Counted from the whole stretch's first letter, positions 1 through 12,194 are shown. The stretch: DNA of 63,466 bases, filler included, from Choristocarpus tenellus KU-1152 (GCA_964200185.2; 9 parts of 9 records of this genome joined end to end with filler, not necessarily neighbours in it); one strand, 5' to 3'. Program-made: numbers and translations. The notes: generated by a model from the sequence alone, not told the origin.

Positions 1-439
1 GGGGGGGATATAATTGACAACAAGTAATAGTAGCAGTATTACACGAATCAGAAAAATATAACTATCTTGTCCAATTGCTTACAGGGTCAAAACCTTTTCA
101 ATGCTTGGCCTTATCCTTTCGCATTAGGCCATTTCTATTGGTGGTTCCAAAGTGAAATGGTCTTTAGAAATCACAGACACACACATACGGTGTCCTGTTG
201 GTCAGACTGTACATTACCTGTCTGATTTGTTTTCTGGTATCTTAATTGACATCGGAGAGCAATTAGGCATCATGAGAATATATGTATATATACACTGTTA
301 ACACATCCAACCAGTCCAGAAAAAAAATAAAATCTTCTCATTTTGAGGGAATATTCACAATTCACCATAGGGTCTTATGTAGCAAATACCACACCAGAAT
401 CAAAGATGCAAAATATAGGATGAATTATCCTCAGGTTAC

Positions 440-3400
440 CTCCATAAGGCTGAAGGGTTTTTGACCTTTGAACCTCCCTCTTCTGTCTCGAATGTCCCCT
501 GAGTTGGAACAGCGCTGGGACAGTGTTCCCCCATCCAATTTCGCAATGAGCAAGAACCGTTCCGGCTCCTTTCCTGCTCCGATCAGTCTCACAATGTGCT
601 CATGCCGTATCCTGTTAGGATATATGTATGCATATCAGATGCCACCAAAGTGTGATATCAATATCCACAAGTAGTTGGTGACAATAAACAATGGAGGAAG
701 TAGGGGTGGGGAGCCTGACATCAAGGTGAAGCAAAAAGGTCATGGCAGCAGATTTAATTTATCAGCAGAGTATCTATTAAGAGTATCTATTAAGAGTATC
801 TATTAAGAGTATCTATTAACAGCGGACAAAGCAAAGTAGTGGACATTACATTACCACTTCCAAGATGCTACAATAAATAACAAGGAATAATAATAGTATG
901 AATATTAAAGTGACAACATTTATGCGGAAAGAGCATTGTGTTCCATATTGGTACTGCGATCCATATTGTTTTCTATATTGGTACTGTGGTACCCTCTTGT
1001 ACATGACCTCAATGGTGTTCAGTAATCTACACCATACTAAACTAACTCACCTGCGCAGCAACTCCATCTCCATCTCCAGCTCCCGCTTAACCATGGTGGC
1101 ATCAGGCACATCTTTTCGCAATAGCTTCACCACCACAGCCTGTTCATTGTACACCGCAGTGTACACGGTACACCTGCACCATCACCACAACACACATAAC
1201 ACACATAACACACACACATAACACACACACATAACACACAACACACAACACACAACACACAACAGGAACTACGACAGGTAAACACAAAATGGAAATTATT
1301 ATTATATTATAATTACTGACATACAATATGTGCAGCTGTGGATGGATTTCTCTTTGTACCTACCATCATATGCGGGGCCAGGGCACCCCCTGGGTCAAAG
1401 GTCTTGGGGCATAACACCAAACAAGGTGCTGCATATATATGTTGCGGTAAGGTTTAGTACCCCTCATGACTTCCAAGCACTCCCTCTCATTTTGATTATT
1501 GATTCACAATCCAGATGGCACCTGCCACCTGTCCCCTCCCATCAGCCCACATCCATTTCTATCATCTATTTCTATCGTTGATGAACATCGTTAAAAAGCA
1601 TGCTATCAATTTACTTCATCCAAGCTCTCTTGGACATTTGCAATCCCACAACAGTCACCTTATTTTGTCAATATTTCTAACAGCCGCAGGTCTACTGGGT
1701 TGACCGAACACTGTGCTGCACCCTTCCAGAAACCATTTTTTTTGTGCAGGTTGGGGTCTCACAAACATACATAACAAGTACTTGTTGAGAATGTAATAAA
1801 AATAAAAATAAAAAGGAATACAAATATTATTATATACATCTTACATCTACTTGCCCTGTGGTGACATCACCACCCACTGCATCATTCACTAAAAGGATAG
1901 TATGAGCATTCAAAATTTGTCTTGTGTTGCACCAGTAGACCTCCTCTCTGCATCAAAGTGAAGGTCTCTACTGTATGCCTCCAAAGTGTGGTCTTGAGAG
2001 TCTGTAATATTCTACAATCACCAGATAGCACAAAATCAAACCGCAGGCAGTGTCTCCTTGGTGAGAATGGTTTGGTCTGGTTCAATTAGGCAAAAGATAG
2101 AGACTCTGTAATCATATCTCTTCAAGAGATAGTCATTTCCCTCACACAAACACCCATAACACAAATATCACCATATCACTCCTACACGTACAGGCTCCTC
2201 ACGTAACAAAGAATAAAAGATTCTCACCTACTCCCATTCACTAGGAATTCCAGATTAGTAAGCTCACTCCACTTGACATCAGTATTCAGCTTCTCTCCAG
2301 GGTGTAATATGACAGATACCTCGTTGAGCTCTCGCTTCATTTCCTGGTCGTAACACAACTCAGAGAATGAGAAAGGTGCATGTGAGGGAGGCATCGCACC
2401 ATCTTGAGACAATGGAATTAGTCACAAGGCAGCAATTTATGCCTTGATGTATGCCATGATGTATCTACCAACATACATCATGACACATACTATTAATAAT
2501 GTGTGTCATGATGTATCTACCAGCATACATTATTAATAATATGTGTCATAATGTATCTACCAACATACATTATTAATAGTGTCATAAAGTAATTCTCGTA
2601 CACTTCTGTATTGTGGACACAAGTGCCTAGTTCAAAGGCTGATGTTATTTTTATATCACAGTATGACACAGTGATGTGTACTACAGCACCCCAGGAAATT
2701 GTAGTCAATCCCAGGGTTCCACATTGTAATCAAAGAAGAATGAGAATGATTTGCCAAAGAGGAAAATCCACCCTGCACCAAGAGAATGTGATATCACCTG
2801 ATTGGTACCACTATATCCAAGACAGCAAACCCGCTCAAGAAAAAAAGTATACCCCCCCTCCCATACAGAGCACACAATCCAAAAAACATACAAAGAACAT
2901 TGGGTTTTTCTGAAGAAAACACCATGCAGGTCCTCATTGGCACATGCCAAAAACGGGTCACCTTGCCTGCCCTCTCTTCAAAATCTCTCTGATCAGGCTC
3001 AGGACAACTCCTCAGCTCGTCCATGAAGACTAGTGCAGATGCCTTTGCAATGTGCCCCAAAAATTCAACTGACAGCCTGTTGCGCTCCACCAGGGCAGTT
3101 GAAAGAAAAATCTGCAATTGGTAATAGGTGGACATTACCACAGTAGTTCAGTTCAGGGAGGCGTTATTGGTGCCGTCGAAAACAACAAAAAAAGGAAATA
3201 TTAAAAAAAAACACACGGATAGTAAGTAAGAACAGGCAATTATTCAATATTTTGGGGGGAACAACGATATGAAATGTGGCATGAAATACGTGTGAAGCAC
3301 TCAAGGAGAAATCCCAGGAGCTCAGTTGCCCTCAACACAAAGACCTGTACTTCCCTGCTTCTACCCAAAGTACTCCAGATAAAATAGCGCCAAGTGCAGG

Positions 3401-4388
3401 CTGATCAATTATTGCTCGACAACACTATTTCGCTATATTATGTACTCAACACTGTCCATATATATCATCTCGAGATAAGAATCCCTTCATAGTATCAGCT
3501 ACATAGATACGTGGACAACAAATACTCTCCATGGCAAAGCCTGTGAGTAGTGTGCTACTGTGTTGGAAACAATCTTAGCTGTAGAGAGAAGCAAACTTTC
3601 ATGCCTTGCTTCTCCTCACTCTCCCCCTGACTATGTACCAAATCGGACTGAATTCATCATCAATCTTGGCACACCGCAACGAAGTCTCCACTCTTGCTAT
3701 CGTTGCCATTGCCGAGATGCACGGGGAGGACCACAGCGGTATTAAGCGGTAACTCCGGATGCATCTTGTTCGAGTTTTTGGTTGTGTACCATAGCGGGCA
3801 CTCGCTAACCCTTGCATCCTCGCAAAGCTTAATTCCATGTGTGCACAGATGTGGAGAGGAAAGAAGAGCTTGAGCTGAGGAGAAGCGAACACTGAAAATG
3901 CTTAGGGTGTAGATGACACAACAAATCAATCAGGTGGACACCCTGCATGTCGAAGGTAGGTAGGAAGTTTAAATTTGTTTCAATGTGCTTAAAAAACTGT
4001 TATTTATCTGTAGGGATGCAAGTCTTTTTGGGTGAACCTTGCCCACCTTAGGAGAGAGAACATGGTCCTGTTTTTTTTGCGCATCGAATCCTGAGTTCCA
4101 CATTCCCACTATGCGCCCAGCATATGTCTGCAAGGTGGCCGTTGCTGCAAAAACGTGCTCGCAGACTGGCTTGAGGGGTGGCGCTGTGCCACCTTTTTGA
4201 GAATTCGTTGTTTGATCAGGTGCAAACCTCCACAGCTCTGCTATGTCAAACCTGAGACTGTTAGCGGCTGCGCCCAAACATTTATCCAGTGCTGCAAGAC
4301 GAGCATTAACTGGCTCAAGTTTATCCTTGCTAGTGGACTGGCTATCGAACTGGGGGCCAGTCATCCCCTGTAGAGTGAGTGCTGCCAT
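440..4388 (-). CDS. Spliced TKL-group protein kinase with N-terminal GAF-like region (3' part runs off the window)
   Basis: Exons 4388-4047, 3827-3675, 3111-2967, 2402-2228, 1173-1051 and 611-440 join in phase. Translation gives ...FDIAELWRF...LCEDARVSECPLWY...AVVLPVH...DFVAIFLST..., then kinase subdomains I-V: WSELTNLEFLVNGSRCTVYTAVYNEQAVVVKLLRK...ELEMEMELLRRIRHEHIVRLIGAGKEPERFLLIAKLDGGTL. One donor appears to be GC. Confidence 0.85.
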
Positions 4389-5868
4389 ATATACTCCTTT
4401 TCCCCGTTCCACTACAAGTTATGTTTTGCAGCTGTAGTGATCCAGAGCCTCCTTTCCTCCTTTTCAAGTACCACTCTATGACCACTCTCAACAACCTTTA
4501 TTCTTTTATTGGTTGGTTGACATTAGTATTTGGTTTGGTTAAAGTTGAACTTAAATCGGCTTTGGCAAACTTGTATTTTGTTTTGATTGTGGATGGATCG
4601 ACTAGGAATAAATCTGGAAAGTTTTCGATATATATTATTTGAAGATGAAAACTGTGAAAGTACCATACTTCGATATTCCCTAGTTTTATAATGTAGTAAG
4701 CCCTTTAACCATTCAACTTATAAGAATATATAGACGTCGTGGATAGTGGGTTGAAGGATGAAAGATGATACAGATGGTCATACAATTTGAGATGATCAGA
4801 ACAAATTGAACAGAAAGTGTATTTAGTGTTACTCAATTTCTGTCAAAATATTTCGGCAGAACTCTAAAAACTATTAATTCAAATCTTTGCTTCCCCACAG
4901 AAACTTCCTATCGAAGTTGATTCTACTATTCGCTAACCTAAACCATTCTCTTTCATTCTTAAAATTCGTTCCAGGTATGAAAATGCAAATGAAGATAGAT
5001 TTGGTATCATGAATACAATTTTTGCAACATAACAATTCCCAGAAAAGGTTCTCTCCCATACTGAAACCTTTCAACTGCTTTAAATATAGTACTTCGTTAT
5101 TTGCGTGCATGTCTCGGATTTAGTATATAACCAAACGTGGTTGTCGCCGAGGGTGTTAGGGTTGGAGTTGTTGGTATGAAGGAAGGGAAAAGGGTCAGGT
5201 TTTGTTTTCGGGCTAGTGTACCGTATCTTTCATGTAATGTGTGGACGGATTCTGGACATGCATATTGGTCAAGGTCTATTGTCATACGTTTCTCTGAATC
5301 TATTTCAAGATACACTTCCAACAGTCCTGGGTTGGTGCTGTGCTTAGGAGCATCGTGCGTGGACTTCAGTGTATGATCCCCCAAGATTCAAAGGAGGGTG
5401 AGATCGGTTCTAGTTTGTTGACACTTGGACAAAGTATGAGATGGTGTATAGAGTACAGAGATGCAGGGGGGAGGTGCATTATAGTGTTCAAGGAATAATT
5501 AGCGGCTTTGAAAAGGACAGGGTATCCATTGCAGGCCTTGGCGAATTGTTTGGAAGGGTTAGCTGAGAAGATGGAGAAGAGTTGTATAATCGATGTATTA
5601 TATTTTAGTAGTCTAAACCTTGTATTGGACACGCTCTTTTAAACAAATAATAACACAGGTCTCATCCTCAACATGAGCATGATATATGATATGCTGACGA
5701 CTCTGACTGGTAGCAATTTATCCGATGCCACTGTCTAAATGCATAACTCATCGAATGGAAAGTGCATGAACATGGTATTTGGACACCAAGGCAAGGTACA
5801 CTGATGCATAAATCAGTGTACGTGTAACCCTACCCGTACTGCAACAAAAACCTGAAACGACTGAACAC

Positions 5869-7048
5869 CTATTCCAATTGGTGGGTGGACTCGACATTGC
5901 ATTCATCACCCTTCTCCCACCACTCTATGAGCTTAGGGTATGCCTCGACAAGAAGGTCCCATAGATTTAGGCGTGTAGAGTACCTGACGTTCCAAGGTTT
6001 GGGCTTCACAAGGCTCGAAAAGATGGCCTTCCGCGCATGGAGTGCTTCCACATGCTCGTGACGCAACATGTTGCCTGACGTCCCTCCACGATCACCGAGT
6101 ATAACCCGTGTGGGCTCGTGGACGTAGCTTTCATCCCCGAAAACAAGAGAATCGGCCCCTTTGCCGGCCTTGATGAGCCTGAACCCATGGTCGTATATGA
6201 CTTGGGTGAGGATTTGAGTCTGCACTCGATACTGTGAAGAGCAGGTTGCGTTGCTGATCGTAGGAGCTCGGTGATGCACGCCCTCAATGAAGGCTTCAGT
6301 GATCCCCACATTGGGTGCATTGCCGGAGTCGGCCGAGTCCTGTGTGATGCAATCCTCATCACCATGCAATGACCTTTTGTCGTCATGATCGTACCTCAAG
6401 GTAGGTGGAGACGGATTTACCACGTATCTGCCCTTTTTGGCAGAAGCGAAGACGTCTATGAAGAAGTCAGGTTCTTAAAGTGCTGTCATCAGGACCACGA
6501 GACTGTTTGAAGGGTATCATCCGTCCAGCACCTTCTCTTACCCTCTTCCTCCTAACTATCGTCCTTTCCTCCTTTCCTTTACCCTTCTCGGAAGGCTTGT
6601 CCCTCGGAGTTGGGGTAGGATCGACATGGACGTGGTTCTCACTTCACCTCACAGTATGGTCGTAGATGTTCCCTGGCACTTGGGACTCGTCACCGCCGCT
6701 GCTCACCGAATGGGTGTTTGGGGACATTCCAGGGTCACTCCCGACAGGCGTGGACGCTGAGTCCGTGCCTAGCTGCCCCACGTCCTCCTGTACAAGTTCC
6801 TCTGGACCTGACAAAGCGTCACAATCGGGTCAGTCCCTATCACCTTCAGAGTCTTCTCTCAACCTCTTCTTCCCAATTATCATCCTTTTCCTCTTTCCAC
6901 TACCTTAGAAATGGAAGGCTTGCTTGTCCCTCGGTGTTGCGGTTGGATGGGCATGGGCGTGGTTCTCACTTCGCCCCACAGTATCGTCATAGGTGTTCCC
7001 TGGCACCTTGGACTCGTCGCCGCCACTGCCCACTGAATGGGCGTTTGG
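5869..7048 (-). pseudogene. Decayed intronless ORF of unknown (TE or viral?) origin with an internal direct repeat
   Basis: The 184-codon ORF 5869-6423 extends upstream through isolated TAA/TGA stops (EKVLDG*YPSNSLVVLMTAL*EPDFFIDVF...). The region is GC-richer than its flanks. A ~130-bp imperfect direct repeat lies at ~6591-6721 and ~6915-7048. Confidence 0.4.
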
Positions 7049-7148
7049 NNNNNNNNNNNNNNNNNNNNNNNNNNNNNNNNNNNNNNNNNNNNTTAATTAA
7101 TTAANNNNNNNNNNNNNNNNNNNNNNNNNNNNNNNNNNNNNNNNNNNN
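7049..7148. other. Artificial contig linker
   Basis: N44-TTAATTAATTAA-N44; stops in all six frames. Confidence 0.99.
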
Positions 7149-7253
7149 TGGAGCTTTTCATTGAGGATGGGCTTGACCCAAAATTGACTGGGATAAAGTG
7201 TCGATATGTTTTTTTTTGTATTGGGTCAAGCCCATCCTCAATGAAAAGCTCCA
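7149..7253. repeat. Fold-back inverted repeat at contig start (33-bp perfect arms)
   Basis: 7149-7181 tggagcttttcattgaggatgggcttgacccaa is the reverse complement of 7221-7253. Confidence 0.9.
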
Positions 7254-8174
7254 TCCTCAATTCTTGGAATCGGCTGTCACATGTTATGAAAAGGTGTGTC
7301 TGAAACCAGGATATCGACATCTCAAAACAAACACGATAGCCAAAATTACATCAAAATTGCAACATTGGATTTTGACCCCCAAATGGACGCGGCCATTCCC
7401 TCCTAGATACTTTGACTCTTCATTACAAAATGGCTTTTACATTTGCACAGAATGATGATCTGAGCTGGACAAAATAACCGTGCTGTTCCTCGTGACACAT
7501 AGTGTGTCACTCTAGAGTATATTGCATGGGCAACGTGTGTGACAATAATATTCCCCAACCATACTGCATAACGTATCAGCAAAAGCGACAGCACTGCTGG
7601 GAGAAACGCTCACCACAGATCAAACGAACTTCGAGGTTGTATTCTGAAGGATCGGATATAAGTATGAGTAATGATCTAGAATATGGAAGAGATCAGCAAC
7701 AGGAAACGTAGCAAATAATCTGTGATTAGTCAAGTGATAAACAAAATAGGGTTGGTTTGGTGGAAGAGACCCTCCCTTGGGCTTGAAGGCTTACTCCTCC
7801 TTTCTCCTCACTTGCTACATCTGCAACCTGTGAGTCAAAGTAAACGAGAGGTACCCACAGTTACATTTTAAGGATCCTGACAAATATATGGAAAATTTGG
7901 CTTTTTCAAAAATGTGCACAGATTATTTTCTGGTTTGTGTCGGAAAATTTGCAACAAAAAAGAAATAAACGTTTTCAAGTCAAACTCGACCTCCATCCAT
8001 ATAAATGTGTGAATTGCAAAATATTAAAAAATAAACTTAAAACACAATACGACCAAAACCTGTTTATCTCTCGTTTACTCTGATCTGTTCATAAGTCAAT
8101 AAGGAATTGATCGAGTCATTTTTATACACAAGTCTTGGGAAACGACAGCTTCTTGGACATAGCCTATGTTTCAA

Positions 8175-9440
8175 CAACTTGAGCGGGAACAATTCCCCCC
8201 AATTGTCATAAGTGTCAGTTACACATTGATTGGATGGATCTCAAACCATTGTTTAATCGTTTTTAATATCGATAAGATACCAACTTTGATGTAAGGGGCA
8301 ATATTGTGTAGTTATGTCACGTAGGTCCCAGTCACGCCTTTGCTAGGATGGATCCAAAACCAATGTCTGATTGTCTTATCCACCCCATATCCTAAGATAT
8401 CAATGTTGACTTGAGTGGGAACAGTTTCCAACCTTTTTCATTAGTGTCAGTGACACATTGCTTGGATGTATCTGACACTGTTGAATGACCGTTTCATAAA
8501 CCACATACATGCGATATCAATGATGACTTGAGCGGGAACATGTTGCAATTCCATCACTTGGATAAAATTTAAATGTGCTTGAATGGGCCTGCTTGACTGT
8601 TTCACATACCTCATGTCCATAAGATGCCAACGGTGATTTGAGCGGAATTTTTTCCAGTTGTCATAAGTATCAACTACACATTGCATCGATGGATCCAAAA
8701 TCATTGTTTGACTGCCTGACCTATCCCATATGTATCGCAATATTGGTGAATCAAGTGGGAACTATTTGCATTTTTATCACACAGGTGTCTGAAACACTTT
8801 GCTTGGATGGATCCAAAACCATTGTTTGACATTTTTCTACCTCATACACGTAAGATTCTAATGGTGATTTCAGGTGTAACGTTTCCTACCTTTTTCGTAC
8901 ACGCTATCAACACATTTGCTTGGACGGATCCCATACCCCTGATGAACCGTTTCGCTGACCCCATATACACAAGATACCAACGATGACTTGAATGGGGCCA
9001 TTCTGCAGGTACATGATTTAGATATCAGTTTCACAGACCTTGGGTGGATTCGAAACCGCTGTTTGATAGTTGTACCTACCCCATATCTGCAAGGTACCAA
9101 TGGTGACTTGGGTGGCACATCTTGTCGTATTTTCAAAGGGTCGGTCACTCATTGCTTGAATATATCCAAGACTGTTGTTTAACCGTCGTCTACCCCATAC
9201 CTGTAAGATCTAATGGCGACTTGAGAGGTAACATTTTTCGGTTACATAACTAAGATAATAGTTACACTTGACATGGACGGATCCAAAACCGTTAGACAGT
9301 TTCGCCTAACCCATACATCTAAGATACAAATGGTGACTTGACTTGAAACACTTGCCCTTTTTTTTATTATCAGTTATTATTGGATGGATTTCAAAAATCA
9401 TTGTTTGACCATCTTACCCCTTGTCCCTAAGATACAAATT
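8175..9440. repeat. Diverged tandem array, ~11 units of ~117 bp
   Basis: Recurring gacttgagtgggaac...cacattgcttggatggatccaaaaccattgtttgac...accccata...taagataccaatggt; units start near 8177, 8288, 8408, 8525, 8635, 8748, 8866, 8985, 9105, 9218 and 9335. Confidence 0.85.
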
Positions 9441-9669
9441 ACGGATGTAATTTTCCTTTTTATCTTATTGAATCACATCAATCGTGAACGAGATACAGTA
9501 TTTGGGTTAGGGTCATTTATCTTTTGAAGTGACGGGCGTGTAATTTTTATTGTTTTGATATGCATTCCTTATTTTGTGCGCTTTAACCTTTATTATTTGT
9601 GTGATATAAGTTACACATAGGAAAAGTGCGCATAGAGTAACAGTTTCGTACTGTCCACGATGACAAAGC

Positions 9670-10190
9670 ATTGTCTGGACAAGAACAAGAGTCATCGAGC
9701 AAATGCCCAGGAATATTATCCTGTATATCGGACGTTCTTCACTGAATTGGCTCAAGAGTTTGCCGAACAACAGGTGCAATAGAGCAAGTATACGGTCCTG
9801 AGCACTTTATTGGACAACAGAGACCGTAGAGCAAACTATCCTAAGTATTGTCCTGGGCGACGGACGTTGTGGAGGAAATGATTCCAAGCATTTGCTTGAT
9901 ATCGGAGATTAAACGTGAGTACAACAGACATATCCTTTTCCTTCTTGCTTTAGAATATGTGATAAAGTGAGGATATTATGTGGACATGGCCCCTTCCAAG
10001 AATTAAAATTGAAAAACAGAACCAAACGTTGCTTTGGAAAACGAAACATTGTAGAGCAAAATGGCTCGAACGCTTGCTGGACAACAGATGTTGTGGAGGA
10101 AAAGGTGTCAAAGGTTGTCTTGAGAACGGATGCGATGTGCAAGCCTTGTGCTAGACAACAGATGTTACAGACCAAACGGACTTGCCCGAT
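9670..10190. repeat. Highly degenerate ~43-bp minisatellite
   Basis: Motif tggacaacagatgttgtggagcaaatg recurs near 9676, 9811, 9854, 10035, 10078, 10121 and 10152; several spacings are 43 bp. Confidence 0.55.
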
Positions 10191-11489
10191 ATATAAACAA
10201 TGGAGGTTATGTAGCAACTGGCTCCCGAGAGTTGTCCCTGTAATGGATGTGTCACAGAGCAAGACAGTCCTAATGTTGTCATAGACAATAAACGTTACAG
10301 GGTGAATGTGGTCGAACATTTCTTGGATGGCAACCCTATTTTAATAGCACCAATCACTGTGTTTTCTGAGGTGTGATGTGAATACTTTGTATTTAAGCAG
10401 CATTTCAGCGCTGGATTGCTGGCCAGCTCCTGTATCTGGAATCAAGAACTATAGAGGGGTTTAAATTGTCTCAATTTATATATGTGCTCCTCTTCTTACT
10501 AAACATAGAGATATTATTTCTGGAAATTATTTTTCCTTTGCTTTCGTGATAGCTCATTTGTACTTCTACTGTTGATCTTTGGCAACAAATAGTATAATAG
10601 TAGAATGCTGTATGTCAACGAGGAACTTGAAATTATGTACAACGACTAATCTTGGGTTAATGCTGAATCGGAAAATATAACCAAGGGCCATGTATGGGTA
10701 ATGAGGTTATGACATACTCCGTTCGGAGTACTAGATATACTAATATACTAGTTGGCTATGTAATTATACTAACAGTACTCCAGAGAATATGGTATTACCC
10801 ATAAGCCCGAAGACTGCCTTAACGGAAGTGCAGACAAGAAGGTACAACCTTCTTACTTATCTTATTCACTGCAGTTACCACCAGTGAAAGGGCTGGGATT
10901 ACACTAGTTACCAATTACAGGGGTATTGTGTTGAGCGAGGGTGTCCAGATATCCATGCATACTGGGCTTACAAATTTAGAATATATAATAGTATATCTTC
11001 TGGCTGGAACACACACATGTCATCACTAGCTAGTTATTAATCATCATGTACACTCTGCAACTTGCTGAGTACTGCCAATATTTCCCAGCGACACTGTTCC
11101 AGCGACACGCACGAGAAGAATGAAACACCAGATTCATCGTCAACTTCTTCTGTTGTCTATTCATAATCTGTCACTCCACTTCCCAACCACAGTTTTCAGT
11201 AATTTTATTTTTTAATATATTATGTTGAAACATAAACTCCCTGTGTCACGCAGATATACAGTTTAGTATCATTACCCAGTCCCGGCTGTTGTTCCATACC
11301 CTAGTATTGTTTCTTCGGAGTATGAGTATCCACTGTATACCGACCTGCACTGTATATATCACAACTCACCTTTTCACTCTGTATCACCAGGGTTTCGTTT
11401 GACCTACAAACTCAGTGCATCTGTTTCTCTGAAGTTTTGACTCATACTTGGATTGACATATTTTCTTTCTTTTACAGGACAGTTATCCA

Positions 11490-11845
11490 GTGCCGTAGAG
11501 TAGGACAGAGATACACGCTCCGAGCAGAGGCTAGTTACCTTCTTATGAAGGTTGTGGATGTATTAACTCTGAATATATCCCATTCAGGTGTGCATCGATG
11601 TACACTTGAAGTAGAGTGAGGTCGAGGTCTCACAGGGGGGCGGCACCTCAGAACTATCAAACAAGATACCAGGTTTATCTGTAATATATACAGAATCAAC
11701 AAGCCTCTTCAAAGAGCACATTAATAAACACCACATTGAATTCTATCAATGCTTCAGTGTACTGGGTCACCTCTTCGCCACCACAAACCTCCAACACAGA
11801 GCACTTTCTTAGAGTCAATGTTTCATCCATTCAAGATTTTGACAG
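11490..11845. repeat. Dispersed repeat (possible Copia LTR fragment) homologous to 41420-41807
   Basis: 11730-11843 matches 41670-41807 in direct orientation; 11490-11672 matches 41420-41600 in reverse complement. Confidence 0.6.
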
Positions 11846-12194
11846 GTAATGTTAGGATTGTCAAACGGTGCTCAAGAAAACTATTCTAAACACATACGAG
11901 ATCACCACATATTAAACAGTGTGTGTATGAGCCTCCGACACCTGACCAACTCACACGTCCTCGTCCTGTACTACCCTACCTCCGTCCCTTCCGCACCCAC
12001 TGCTGCAGCTCTTCTTTCGACAACATGGAACGCACATCAAAGCTCCTTATCTTTCCGAGTGACGAATCTGCCTAGGATGCACACAAGCTGGACTTCATTG
12101 GCATCCTGATCTGCGTAACTGTTATAGGCGAGTAGCGCGAGTATTTCTTCCCGCGCTTTGACTGGCGCGAGCAGTATACGCGCGTGGGGAACCC

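Noticed and set aside
768-818. 13-bp x4 repeat, and other (CA)n, (TA)n, (AAT)n, (TATG)n and (AAATC)n tracts across the window
   Set aside because: Ordinary micro- and minisatellites, mostly intronic; no further structure seen
5097-5640. LINE C-terminal zinc-knuckle relic (SIHHLILCP)
   Set aside because: Too degenerate, with no RT motifs nearby
7049-7148. TTAATTAATTAA motif and ORFs ending in ...XXXLIN as a biological signal
   Set aside because: The same synthetic linker occurs eight times
8175-9440. CRISPR array (conserved blocks alternating with variable ~30-bp segments)
   Set aside because: The 'repeats' are about 85 bp and heavily diverged, the 'spacers' are homologous to one another, no cas genes are present, and the context is eukaryotic
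7856-10363. Transib/RSS-like CACAGT termini around the tandem arrays
   Set aside because: Only a 6-bp match and no 5-bp TSD
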